A stretch of 60,521 nucleotides of DNA from an uncultured Bacteroides sp. GTDB taxonomy: Bacteria > Bacteroidota > Bacteroidia > Bacteroidales > Bacteroidaceae. Positions within the stretch are counted from its first letter, which is position 1. Each line of letters begins with the position of its first letter. The stretch covers positions 1-60,521 of the forward strand of contig CAMWRY010000001.1 of the NCBI GenBank assembly GCA_947176775.1, read 5' to 3'. Both the position numbers and the translations under genes were made by a program. Under the pieces are notes generated by a model. That model did no database searches and was not told the DNA's origin. It saw only the letters and a list, made by a program, of their open reading frames with translations. Positions 6,247-15,713 of the stretch are shown here, in pieces.

Positions 6247-9165
6247 ATGAACTATTCATTCGGAAAAACCGGCCTGTCGCTGCTACTGCTGGCAGCACTG
6301 AGCTTGGGAAGCTGTACCCAGAAGTACAAGTACGAAACGGTGCCCAACGACCCGTTGAAGGCACGCATCTACACTCTGGACAACGGTCTGAAAGTCTACA
6401 TGACCGTCAACAAAGACCAACCGCGCATACAAACCTACATCGCCGTGCGCGTGGGCGGCAAGAACGACCCGGCCGAGACGACCGGACTGGCCCACTACTT
6501 CGAACACCTGATGTTCAAGGGCACCACCCACTTCGGCACGCAGAACTACGAGGCAGAAAAGCCTCTGCTGGACCAGATAGAGCAGCAGTTCGAAGTCTAC
6601 CGCAAGACCACGGACAGCATCGAGCGGAAGAACATCTACCACGTCATCGACAGCCTCTCCTACGAAGCCTCCAAGCTGGCCATCCCCAACGAGTATGACA
6701 AGCTGATGGCCACCATCGGCGCCAACGGCACGAACGCCTACACCAGCTTCGACGTGACCTGCTACACCGAGGACATCCCCAGCAACCAGGTGGAGAACTG
6801 GGCACGCATCCAGGCCGACCGCTTCGAGAATTGCGTCATCCGCGGCTTCCACACCGAGCTGGAGACGGTGTACGAGGAGAAGAACATGTCGCTGACGCGC
6901 GACCCACGCAAGGTGTACGAGACCATGCTCTCCGCCCTCTTCCCCCACCACCCCTACGGCACACAGACCGTGCTGGGCACGCAGGATCACCTGAAGAACC
7001 CCTCCATCACCAACATCAAGAACTACTACAAGCAGTGGTATGTGCCCAACAACATGGCCGTCTGCCTCTCGGGCGACTTCGACCCCGACCGGATGATTGC
7101 CACCATCGACAAGTATTTCGGCACCCTGAAGCCCAACCCCGACCTGCCCAAGCTGAACCTGCCTAAGGAGGAGGAGATCACCGCCCCCATCGTGCGCGAA
7201 GTCTACGGTCCCGATGCCGAAAGCGTGGCCCTGGCCTGGCGCTTCCCCGGAGCTGCCGACAAGGATGTGGAGACGCTGGACGTGGTTTCACAAATCCTCT
7301 ACAACGGACAGGCCGGCCTGATAGACCTCGACCTGATGCAGCAGCAGAAGGCGCTGAGTGCCTACTGCTACCCCATGACGATGGCCGACTACAGCGTGTT
7401 CACCATGCAGGGACGCCCCAAGCAGGGACAGACGCTGGACGAGGTGAAGGAATTGCTGCTGGGCGAACTGAAGAAGCTGCGCGACGGCGACTTCGACGAG
7501 AAGATTCTGGAGGCCAACATCAACAACTTCAAGCTCTCGCAACTGCAACAACAGGAGAACAACGAGGCGCGTGCCGACTGGTTCGTGGACTCTTTCGTGA
7601 ACGGCAGCGACTGGGCCGACGAGGTGACTTCGCTGGAGCGCATGTCGCGGCTGACCAAAGCGGACATCGTGGCCTTTGCCAACAAGTACCTGAAGGAAAA
7701 CAACTTCGCCGTCATCTACAAGAAGCAGGGCAAGGACCCCAACGAGAAGAAGATAAACAAGCCGGCCATCACCCCCATCGTGATGAACCGCGACACCGTG
7801 AGCAGCTTCCTGAAGGAGGTGCAGGCCACCACCGTGCAACCCATCGAACCGGTGTTCCTGGACTACAGCAAGGACCTCGACCTGCTCACCGCCCAGTCGG
7901 GCATCCCCGTCATCTACAAGCAGAATGCCACCAACGACCTCTTCCAGCTGATATACCTCTTTGATATGGGCAACCGCAACGACAAGGCGCTGGGCACCGC
8001 CGCCCAGTATCTGGAGTACCTCGGCACCTCGGACATGACGCCCGAAGAGGTGAAGAGCGAATTCTACCGTATGGCGTGCAGCTTCTTCGTATCGCCGGGC
8101 AGCGAGCGCACCTACATCGTGCTCAGCGGCCTGAACGAGAACATGCCCAAAGCCGTGGAACTGTTTGAGAAGCTGCTGGCCGACGCCCAAGTGAACCCCG
8201 AAGCCTACGACAACCTGGTGAACGACCTGCTGAAAGCCCGGAAGGATGCCAAGCTGAACCAGGCGCAGAACTTCAGCCGCCTCAGAACCTACATGACCTG
8301 GGGACCCCGGAACGCTGCCACCAACATCCTGAGCGAAAAGGAACTGAAGGAGATGAATCCGCAGGCACTGGTGGACCGCCTCCACAACCTGAACAGCTAC
8401 AAGCACCGGGTTACTTACTACGGCCCCAGCCCGCAGGACGACCTGCTGGCCATCCTCCAAAAAGAGCACCGCGTACCGGCCACGCTGCAAGAGTTGCCCG
8501 AGGGCATCGAATTCAAGCAGCAGCCCACCAACGAGACACGGGTATACCTGGCTCCCTACGAGGCCAAGCAAATCTACATGGCGCAGTACTCCAACCGCGG
8601 CGAGAAGTTCGACCAGGCCGTCGAGTCGGGCCGACGCATGTACAACGAGTACTTCGGCGGCGGCATGAACTCCATCGTCTTCCAGGAGATGCGCGAGAGC
8701 CGCGGTCTGGCCTACTCGGCATGGGCAGGCATGGACAAGCCCGGCTACCCGAAGTATGACTACAGCTTCAGCAGCTACATCGCCACGCAGAACGACAAGA
8801 TGCTGGATGCCATCAGCACCTTCAACGACATCATCAACAACATGCCCGAGTCCGAAGCGGCCTTCAATCTGGCCAAGGAGGGTCTGATAGCCCGTCTGCG
8901 CACGGAGCGCACCATCAAGGACGGCGTCATCTGGAGCTACATCAACGCCCAGGACTTCGGCCTGAACACCGACAGCCGCCTCCAGTTCTATCAGGACGTG
9001 CAGAAGGCTACCCTGCAGGATGTCGTCGACTTCCAGCAGAAGTGGATCAAGGGACGCACCTACTTCTACTGCATCCTGGGCGACAAGAAGGAACTGGATA
9101 TGGAAGCCCTGAAGAAGATAGGCCCCGTAACGGAACTGACAACGGAGGAAATCTTCGGGTATTGA
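6247..9165 (+). CDS. M16 family zinc peptidase, lipoprotein
   Basis: Lipobox LSLGSC; GLAHYFEHLMFKGT (HxxEH); NAYTSFD; MRESRGLAYS. Confidence 0.95.
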   Translation: MNYSFGKTGLSLLLLAALSLGSCTQKYKYETVPNDPLKARIYTLDNGLKVYMTVNKDQPRIQTYIAVRVGGKNDPAETTGLAHYFEHLMFKGTTHFGTQNYEAEKPLLDQIEQQFEVYRKTTDSIERKNIYHVIDSLSYEASKLAIPNEYDKLMATIGANGTNAYTSFDVTCYTEDIPSNQVENWARIQADRFENCVIRGFHTELETVYEEKNMSLTRDPRKVYETMLSALFPHHPYGTQTVLGTQDHLKNPSITNIKNYYKQWYVPNNMAVCLSGDFDPDRMIATIDKYFGTLKPNPDLPKLNLPKEEEITAPIVREVYGPDAESVALAWRFPGAADKDVETLDVVSQILYNGQAGLIDLDLMQQQKALSAYCYPMTMADYSVFTMQGRPKQGQTLDEVKELLLGELKKLRDGDFDEKILEANINNFKLSQLQQQENNEARADWFVDSFVNGSDWADEVTSLERMSRLTKADIVAFANKYLKENNFAVIYKKQGKDPNEKKINKPAITPIVMNRDTVSSFLKEVQATTVQPIEPVFLDYSKDLDLLTAQSGIPVIYKQNATNDLFQLIYLFDMGNRNDKALGTAAQYLEYLGTSDMTPEEVKSEFYRMACSFFVSPGSERTYIVLSGLNENMPKAVELFEKLLADAQVNPEAYDNLVNDLLKARKDAKLNQAQNFSRLRTYMTWGPRNAATNILSEKELKEMNPQALVDRLHNLNSYKHRVTYYGPSPQDDLLAILQKEHRVPATLQELPEGIEFKQQPTNETRVYLAPYEAKQIYMAQYSNRGEKFDQAVESGRRMYNEYFGGGMNSIVFQEMRESRGLAYSAWAGMDKPGYPKYDYSFSSYIATQNDKMLDAISTFNDIINNMPESEAAFNLAKEGLIARLRTERTIKDGVIWSYINAQDFGLNTDSRLQFYQDVQKATLQDVVDFQQKWIKGRTYFYCILGDKKELDMEALKKIGPVTELTTEEIFGY

Positions 9166-9205
9166 TAATTTAACGCGAGCCTGAGATAGGCGATTCGCAC
9201 AGGCG

Positions 9206-9430
9206 GCAGGGGATTGAAGGGATCAGGCCGCCTGGGATTAAAGTTATCATGACGCAGGGTATAAAGGGATTATGCCGCAGGGTATTAAAGGGATTATGCC
9301 GCAGGGTAATTCTCCTCCTCCTGGGAGGAGGAGTACCCGAAGGGGGAGGTGGTAGGTAGAAAAGAATACCTTTAAAATAATCTTCTTCACTTTATGCTCT
9401 CTACCACCCCGCCCTTCGGGTACTCACCCC
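9206..9430. repeat. 23-24-bp tandem repeats plus REP-like hairpin pair
   Basis: About 4 units of GCAGGGTATTAAAGGGATTATGCC, then AATTCTCCTCCTCCTGGGAGGAGGAGTACCCGAAGGGGGAGGTGGTAG with inverted partner CTACCACCCCGCCCTTCGGGTACTC overlapping the RNase H stop. Confidence 0.75.
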
Positions 9431-10068
9431 TTCCTTCCGAAATCCGCCGGCACCTCTCCCCAGCGCTTCGTCTCCCACTTCAGAATCGGGGTTGAATAGG
9501 TATTCTCGCGCAGCCACTTCTCGGCACGCTCTATCAGCCGGAACAGCTCCTCGGTACGCTCGTTGCGCGGCAGGCGCGTCTTGCACTTCTTCTGGCGCAC
9601 CCAGCTGATGGCATTCACGCTGTCGCTGTAGATGGGCATCTCCAGCCCCTTCTGCTTCAGCAGCGCCAAGCCGTGGACAATGGCCAGGAACTCGCCGATA
9701 TTGTTCGTCCCATACACCGGGCCGAAGTGGAACACCTGCTGGCGGCTCGCCACGTGCACCCCCCGGTACTCCATCGCACCCGGATTGCCGCTACAGGCAG
9801 CATCCACCGCCAGGCTGTTCTCTACCACCGCCGCAGGCAGCACTCCCTCCGATGCCGGAACCGACGGCGCACTCCCTCCGGCCGCACCCCTCCGGATGTA
9901 CTCATCGGGCGAAGCGGCCAACGCACGCTCCGCCTCCTCGCGCGACTCGAAGGACTTGAAACGGGCACCTTCGTAGCCCTTGACCTGCAACTGGCACTCC
10001 GTCCATGATGTATAAATCCCCGGACAGACGCCCGACCATACCACGTAAAATTTCTCTTTCTTCTTCAT
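9424..10068 (-). CDS. rnhA: ribonuclease HI with N-terminal viroplasmin/hybrid-binding domain
   Basis: KFYVVWSGVCPGIYTSWTEC...FKSF; AVDAACSGNPG, TNNIGEFLA, IYSDS, WGEVPADFGRK. Confidence 0.93.
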   Translation of the reverse strand: MKKKEKFYVVWSGVCPGIYTSWTECQLQVKGYEGARFKSFESREEAERALAASPDEYIRRGAAGGSAPSVPASEGVLPAAVVENSLAVDAACSGNPGAMEYRGVHVASRQQVFHFGPVYGTNNIGEFLAIVHGLALLKQKGLEMPIYSDSVNAISWVRQKKCKTRLPRNERTEELFRLIERAEKWLRENTYSTPILKWETKRWGEVPADFGRKG

Positions 10069-10322
10069 AACAGCAGGCAAAGATAGCGGAAACCCACCGT
10101 TCCGCCCAACCGGGCGCGAAGAAAAAACGAACCATCTGCCGCCTCCGCTTGTTACCCACTACAGAGATACTCACAAAAAAATACTCACCCAATAGAAAGA
10201 AGCAGGAGAAAACACATCCCCTCGGCACGCCCGAGGCGAAAGAGACCGACGATTTGAGCCCCCGAATCCGTATTTTCACCTGAAAATGTTTACCTTTGCA
10301 GGCATCAAAGGCAAACAAAGTT

Positions 10323-10850
10323 ATGATACGTATATTCCTCATCGGCTACATGGGAGCCGGAAAAACCACCCTGGGCAAAGCCCTCGCACGCGAAATGAAC
10401 CTGCCCTTCGTCGACCTGGACTGGTACATCGAAGAGCGCTTCCACCGCTCCATCCGCGAACTCTTTGCCGAACGGGGCGAAGATGCCTTCCGCCAGCTGG
10501 AGCGCAACATGCTGCACGAAGTGGGCGAATTCGAAGACCTCATCATCTCCACCGGCGGCGGCACCCCCTGCTTCTTCGACAACATCGACTACATGAACCG
10601 CTGCGGCCAGACCGTCTTTCTCGAAGTCCACCCCGACATCCTCTTCCGCCGCCTGCGCGTGGCCACCCGGCAACGCCCCATCCTGCAGGGCAAGAGCGAA
10701 GAGGAGCTGCGCGAATTCATCCGCCAAGCCCTGCAACAGCGCCTCCCCTACTACGAACAGGCCCGTTACCGCTTCGATGCCGGACAACTGGAAAGCCGCC
10801 ACCAGATAGCGGAATCCGTAAAAGGGGTACGGGAACTGCTGGGGGTATAG
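10323..10850 (+). CDS. aroK: shikimate kinase
   Basis: GYMGAGKTT Walker A, FVDLD, STGGGTP, RPIL; TACCTTTG box at 10291-10298. Confidence 0.96.
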   Translation: MIRIFLIGYMGAGKTTLGKALAREMNLPFVDLDWYIEERFHRSIRELFAERGEDAFRQLERNMLHEVGEFEDLIISTGGGTPCFFDNIDYMNRCGQTVFLEVHPDILFRRLRVATRQRPILQGKSEEELREFIRQALQQRLPYYEQARYRFDAGQLESRHQIAESVKGVRELLGV

Positions 10851-11032
10851 TTTGCTATCGGCTTCCCCGGCTATAAATTACCGGAATTCCCCACCTATAT
10901 CCCTCGGCCAACGTGCATTTCTCGCCCCTAATCGTTGGAAACACAATATTTATGTGTATTTTTGTCCACTTAATAAAAAAGACGAATCAAAAAACACATG
11001 TATTGTAACTAGTTAAAACTGAAAACGAGTAG

Positions 11033-12925
11033 ATGAGAAAATGGCGTATTGAAGATTCAGAAGAGCTGTACAACGTAACAGGTTGGGGCACTTCCTACTT
11101 TGGTATCAATGACAAAGGTCATGTAGTGGTGACCCCTCGCAAGGATGGTGTCACTGTCGATTTAAAAGAGCTGATAGACGAACTGCAACTGCGCGACGTC
11201 ACCGCTCCCGTATTGGTCCGTTTTCCCGACATACTGGACAACCGCATCGAAAAAGTCTCCTGCTGCTTCCGCCACGCCGCCGACGAGTATGGCTACAAGG
11301 GAGAGAACTTCATCATCTATCCCATCAAGGTGAACCAGATGCGTCCCGTCGTGGAAGAGATGATAAACCACGGTAAAAAATTCAACCTCGGACTTGAGGC
11401 CGGTTCCAAACCCGAACTGCATACCGTCATCGGTGTGAACACCGACCCCGACTCGCTCGTTGTCTGCAACGGCTACAAGGACGAAAGCTTCATCGAGCTG
11501 GCCCTCCTGGCACAGAAGATGGGCAAGCGCATCTTCCTCGTCGTAGAAAAGCTGAACGAGCTAAACCTCATCGCCAAGATGGCCCGGCAGCTGAAGGTGA
11601 AGCCCAACATCGGCATCCGCATCAAGCTCGCCTCCAGCGGCAGCGGCAAGTGGGAAGAGAGCGGAGGAGATGCCAGCAAGTTCGGACTGACCTCCAGCGA
11701 ACTGCTCGAAGCCCTCGACTTCCTTGAAAAGAAGGATATGAAGGAGTGCCTGAAACTGATACACTTCCACATCGGCAGCCAAATCACCAAGATACGCCGC
11801 ATCAAGAACGCCCTGCGCGAAGCCTCGCAATTCTTCGTGCAGCTGAACAAGATGGGCTTCAACATCGAGTTCGTCGACACCGGCGGCGGCATGGGCGTGG
11901 ACTACGACGGCACGCGCTCGTCGAGCAGCGAAAGTTCTGTCAACTACTCCATCCAGGAGTATGTCAACGACGTGGTGTCCACCTTCGTCGATGCCGCCGA
12001 CAAGCACGGCTTTGCCCACCCCAACATCATCACCGAAACGGGCCGCAGCCTCACCGCCCACCACTCCGTCCTCGTCTTCGAGGTACTGGAGACCGCCTCT
12101 CTGCCCCAGATGAACGACGACTGGGAACCCGGCCCCGATGCCCACGAACTGGTGAAGGAGCTATACAACATCTGGGACAACCTGAGCCAGCGCAGCATGC
12201 TCGAACCCTGGCACGACGCCCAGCAGATACGCGAAGAGGCGCTCGACCTCTTCAGCCACGGCATCGTGGACCTCAACACCCGTGCCCAGATAGAGAAGCT
12301 CTACTGGAGCATCTGCCGCGAGATAAACGCCATTGCCGCCGGCATGAAGCACTGCCCCGAGGAGTTCCGCAAGCTCAGCAAACTGCTGGCCGACAAGTAT
12401 TTCTGCAACTTCTCCCTCTTCCAGTCGCTCCCCGACTCATGGGCCATCGACCAGATGTTCCCCATCATGCCCATCCAGCGGCTGGACGAGCGCCCCGACC
12501 GCGAAGCCACCCTGCAGGACATGACCTGTGACTCGGACGGAAAGATAGCCAACTTCGTCACCTCCCGTCCCGACACCAGCACCCTGCCCCTGCACTCGCT
12601 GCGCGACAAGGAGCACTACTACCTGGCCGTCTTCCTTGTCGGTGCCTACCAGGAGATTCTGGGCGATATGCACAACCTCTTCGGCGACACCAACGCCGTC
12701 CACATCTCCGTCAACTCCAAAGGCTACACCATCGACCAGCTGATTGACGGCGAAACCGTGGCCGAAGTGCTGGACTACGTGCAATACAACCCCAAGAAGC
12801 TGGTACGCACGCTGGAAACCTGGGTGACACAGTCCGTCAAGGAAGGCCGCATCACGTTGGAAGAGGGCAAGGAATTCTTGTCCAACTACCGCTCCGGACT
12901 CTACGGATATACGTATTTGGAATGA
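11033..12925 (+). CDS. speA: biosynthetic arginine decarboxylase
   Basis: YPIKVNQ (PLP Lys), GLEAGSKPEL, HFHIGSQ, TCDSDGKI, GAYQEILGDMHNLFG. Confidence 0.97.
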   Translation: MRKWRIEDSEELYNVTGWGTSYFGINDKGHVVVTPRKDGVTVDLKELIDELQLRDVTAPVLVRFPDILDNRIEKVSCCFRHAADEYGYKGENFIIYPIKVNQMRPVVEEMINHGKKFNLGLEAGSKPELHTVIGVNTDPDSLVVCNGYKDESFIELALLAQKMGKRIFLVVEKLNELNLIAKMARQLKVKPNIGIRIKLASSGSGKWEESGGDASKFGLTSSELLEALDFLEKKDMKECLKLIHFHIGSQITKIRRIKNALREASQFFVQLNKMGFNIEFVDTGGGMGVDYDGTRSSSSESSVNYSIQEYVNDVVSTFVDAADKHGFAHPNIITETGRSLTAHHSVLVFEVLETASLPQMNDDWEPGPDAHELVKELYNIWDNLSQRSMLEPWHDAQQIREEALDLFSHGIVDLNTRAQIEKLYWSICREINAIAAGMKHCPEEFRKLSKLLADKYFCNFSLFQSLPDSWAIDQMFPIMPIQRLDERPDREATLQDMTCDSDGKIANFVTSRPDTSTLPLHSLRDKEHYYLAVFLVGAYQEILGDMHNLFGDTNAVHISVNSKGYTIDQLIDGETVAEVLDYVQYNPKKLVRTLETWVTQSVKEGRITLEEGKEFLSNYRSGLYGYTYLE

Positions 12926-12959
12926 TGGTTTAATGTGGAAACATGCTGGCCGTGTGGAG

Positions 12960-13098
12960 GCCTGTTATCTGCATGGGGAGGTGAAAGCCTGTTATCCGCA
13001 TAGGGAGGTGAAAGCCTGTTATCCGCATAGGGAGGTGAAAGCCTGTTATCCGCATGGCATTCTCCTCCTCCTGGGAGGAGGGGAATTACCATACGGCG
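12960..13098. repeat. 27-bp tandem repeat (about 3.5 units) ending in REP-like hairpin
   Basis: GCCTGTTATCCGCATAGGGAGGTGAAA units, then CGCATGGCATTCTCCTCCTCCTGGGAGGAGGGGAATTACCATACG. Confidence 0.85.
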
Positions 13099-13160
13099 TG
13101 CCGGGTACTAAGAGACTTAGACACATTAAACTCATTAGCACACTAACAAATTAAAATCAA

Positions 13161-13934
13161 ATGGAAAAACTGACTGTTATTAAAGTAGGTGGTAAGATTG
13201 TAGAAGAAGAAGCCACACTCAACCGATTATTGGACGACTTCGCCTCCATCGAAGGCTACAAAGTCCTGGTGCACGGCGGCGGACGCTCTGCCACCAAGCT
13301 GGCTGCCCGGCTGGGCATTGAAAGCAAAATGGTAAACGGCCGACGCATCACCGATGCCGAAACACTGAAAGTAGTCACTATGGTATATGGCGGACTGGTC
13401 AACAAGAACATCGTTGCCGGCCTACAGGCACGCGGCGTCAACGCACTCGGCCTCACGGGAGCCGACATGGACGTCATCCGCTCCGTGAAGCGCCCCGTGA
13501 AAGAGGTGGACTACGGCTTTGTAGGCGACGTGGAGCAAGTGAACCTCCCCTTCCTGGCCGACCTCATCCACAAAGGCATAGTCCCCGTCATGGCTCCGCT
13601 GACCCACGACGGCCACGGCCACCTGCTGAACACGAACGCCGACACCATAGCCGGTGAAACCGCCAAAGCCCTCGCCTCGCAGTTCGACGTCACCCTCGTC
13701 TTCTGCTTCGAAAAGAAAGGCGTGCTGCGCGACGAGAACGACGACAACAGTGTAATCCCCCAAATCACCCCGGAAGCCTTCGAACAGTACGTAGCCGACG
13801 GCGTAATCCAGGGCGGCATGATTCCGAAACTGGAGAATGCCTTCCAGGCACTGGATGCCGGCGTGTCCGAGGTCGTCATCACCCTGGCCGCAGCCATAGG
13901 CGAAGAGGGAGGCACGCATATCGTGAAGAAGTAA
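13161..13934 (+). CDS. argB: acetylglutamate kinase
   Basis: VIKVGG, VHGGG, NGRRIT, LLNTNAD, GGMIPKL. Confidence 0.96.
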   Translation: MEKLTVIKVGGKIVEEEATLNRLLDDFASIEGYKVLVHGGGRSATKLAARLGIESKMVNGRRITDAETLKVVTMVYGGLVNKNIVAGLQARGVNALGLTGADMDVIRSVKRPVKEVDYGFVGDVEQVNLPFLADLIHKGIVPVMAPLTHDGHGHLLNTNADTIAGETAKALASQFDVTLVFCFEKKGVLRDENDDNSVIPQITPEAFEQYVADGVIQGGMIPKLENAFQALDAGVSEVVITLAAAIGEEGGTHIVKK

Positions 13935-14001
13935 CGGCCTCATCCGCGTACCATTTTACGGACTTCAACACGCTCGCTCTAAAAAAAACACACCTGCTTC
14001 C

Positions 14002-14029
14002 TGTAACTTTCCGAGTACTCAACCGTCAA
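14002..14029 (+). promoter_or_regulatory. putative ECF-sigma (autoregulatory) promoter
   Basis: TGTAAC-16 nt-CGTCAA immediately upstream of an ECF sigma gene. Confidence 0.55.
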
Positions 14030-14039
14030 TCTATTAGAG

Positions 14040-14549
14040 ATGCAAGAATTCAGCTTTCGCAAAGACATACTTCCGCTGAAAGACAAGCTCTTCCGGCTCG
14101 CCCTACGGATTACCTTCGACCGGGCCGAAGCCGAGGATGTAGTGCAGGAAACGCTGATTCGAGTTTGGAACAAGCGCCACGAGTGGCCCCGGTTCGCCTC
14201 CATCGAAGCCTATTGCCTCACCGTAGCAAGGAATCTGGCGATAGACCGCAGCGAGAAGAAGGATGCCCAAACCGTGGAGCTGACTCCCGAACTGGAGCAG
14301 ACACCGGACAACTGGAGCCCCTACGAGCAACTGGTGAGCAAGGAACGGCTGGCGCTGATACACCGGCTGATGGACAAGTTGCCCGAAAAGCAAAGGCTCA
14401 TCATGCACCTCAGGGATATCGAAGGCAAGAGCTACAAAGAGATTGCCGACATCCTGAGCCTGACCGAAGAGCAAGTGAAAGTGAACCTCTTCAGGGCAAG
14501 GCAGAAAGTAAAACAACAGTTTACAGACATTGAAGATTATGGACTCTAA
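14040..14549 (+). CDS. ECF RNA polymerase sigma factor
   Basis: AEDVVQETLIRVW region 2; SYKEIADIL...VKVNLFRAR region 4. Confidence 0.93.
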   Translation: MQEFSFRKDILPLKDKLFRLALRITFDRAEAEDVVQETLIRVWNKRHEWPRFASIEAYCLTVARNLAIDRSEKKDAQTVELTPELEQTPDNWSPYEQLVSKERLALIHRLMDKLPEKQRLIMHLRDIEGKSYKEIADILSLTEEQVKVNLFRARQKVKQQFTDIEDYGL

Positions 14550-15021
14550 CTCTATAGAACAACTCTTGGAACGCTACTGGCAGTGCGAGACCTCGCCGGA
14601 GGAAGAAGCACAACTCCGTGCCTACTTCTGCCGGGACGATGTTCCCCGTCACCTGCTTCGCTACAAGGAGTTGTTCGCCTACCAGCAGGCCCAACAGGCA
14701 CTGCATCTGGACGAAGCATTCGACGCCCGGGTACTGGCCGAGGTAGAGGCACCGGTGGTCAAAGCGCGCCGCATGACGCTGACCGCCCGTTTCATGCCCC
14801 TGTTCAAGGCCGCAGCCACGGTAGCCGTAGTGCTGGCGCTGGACAACGTGATGCAGCACTCGTTCTTCACGGAGGTAGGGGAAATGGCTACGGCCGACAC
14901 CATCGGCAAGCAGATTTCCGCCCCGTCGGTCGCCCTTTCGGACGATGTGCCCCTGGCACACGAAAAGCAACTGATGGACAGCCTGCATCGCATGGACAAA
15001 GAGAAGGAGTTCAAGGAGTAA
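14539..15021 (+). CDS. putative membrane-anchored anti-sigma factor
   Basis: IEQLLERYWQCETSPEEE N-terminus, central hydrophobic helix, overlaps the sigma stop codon. Confidence 0.7.
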   Translation: MDSNSIEQLLERYWQCETSPEEEAQLRAYFCRDDVPRHLLRYKELFAYQQAQQALHLDEAFDARVLAEVEAPVVKARRMTLTARFMPLFKAAATVAVVLALDNVMQHSFFTEVGEMATADTIGKQISAPSVALSDDVPLAHEKQLMDSLHRMDKEKEFKE

Positions 15022-15094
15022 ATATTTTCATAAATCTTTTAAATAACATTTTCATTTGCTTTAAAACATAGATAGTTAGTATGCTTTATTAAAA

Positions 15095-15189
15095 CAACTT
15101 GAGGCTGTGAAGTTTCAATTCTCTCAAAATCTTATAAAAACTAACTAAAATAGATGGGACACCGCGTGATGCAGCGTCCCTTTTATTTT
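15095..15189 (+). ncRNA. candidate sRNA or structured 3' element with GUGA-loop hairpins and terminator
   Basis: TTGAGGC-TGTGAA-GTTTCAA (15099-15118) and GGGACACCGC-GTGAT-GCAGCGTCCC followed by TTTTATTTT. Confidence 0.45.
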
Positions 15190-15306
15190 GTCTTCCGGAC
15201 ACACTCTCCCCCAAAGCACAAAAGACTTCCTCACGGAAGCCTTTCGCCATTTTTTTATTCATACAAATTTCAGAGAGAATTCGGTTTAGGTCTAATCAAT
15301 TAATCT

Positions 15307-15481
15307 ACTCAAGTTTCGCAAGTTCTTAAACTTGCTTTCAGTGAACAAGTAAACAAGGGTACAAGGTTTTCCTATCTGCTTGTTTTGTGAATAAGATGCA
15401 GGTAGAAACCTGAATCACTTCGCCTCGTTGCCTCGTTAACTTGTTTACTGACAGCATATCAAAGATATGCGAAACTTAAAT
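15307..15481. mobile_element. MITE-like element with nested inverted repeats
   Basis: Ends ACTCAAGTTTCGCA / TGCGAAACTTAAAT; internal pair TCAGTGAACAAGT / ACTTGTTTACTGA; TAATCT directly flanks both ends. Confidence 0.65.
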
Positions 15482-15562
15482 TAATCTATATCTTTTAACC
15501 TGTTGACGGAATTAAATCAGCAAGGAAATGCCTTCTGCAATTCCCCCTATATTCCCTGGTTT

Positions 15563-15650
15563 GACAGACACTTGCCTCTGTCGGCTCAAACACTTGTGTC
15601 TGTCACGTTGAACACAAGTGTCTGTCACGTTGAACACAAGTGTCTGTCAG
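15563..15650. repeat. 22-bp palindromic-unit tandem array, copy 2
   Basis: 4 units, e.g. GTTGAACACAAGTGTCTGTCAC; opposite orientation to copy 1. Confidence 0.85.
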
Positions 15651-15713
15651 CCCACCTTTCGATATCTGGAAATCATCATGTTAAGCGATTCAAGTCCAAT
15701 ATTGGAAGATAAC

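Noticed and set aside
12960-13056. 27-bp repeats as a CRISPR array
   Set aside because: Units are directly adjacent with no unique spacers, and there are no cas genes. The same applies to the 22-bp and 11-bp arrays.
12901-13154. Short ORFs with repeated peptides (VKACYPHRE / ADNRLSPPY)
   Set aside because: Translations of a tandem repeat whose unit is a multiple of 3; no other coding evidence.
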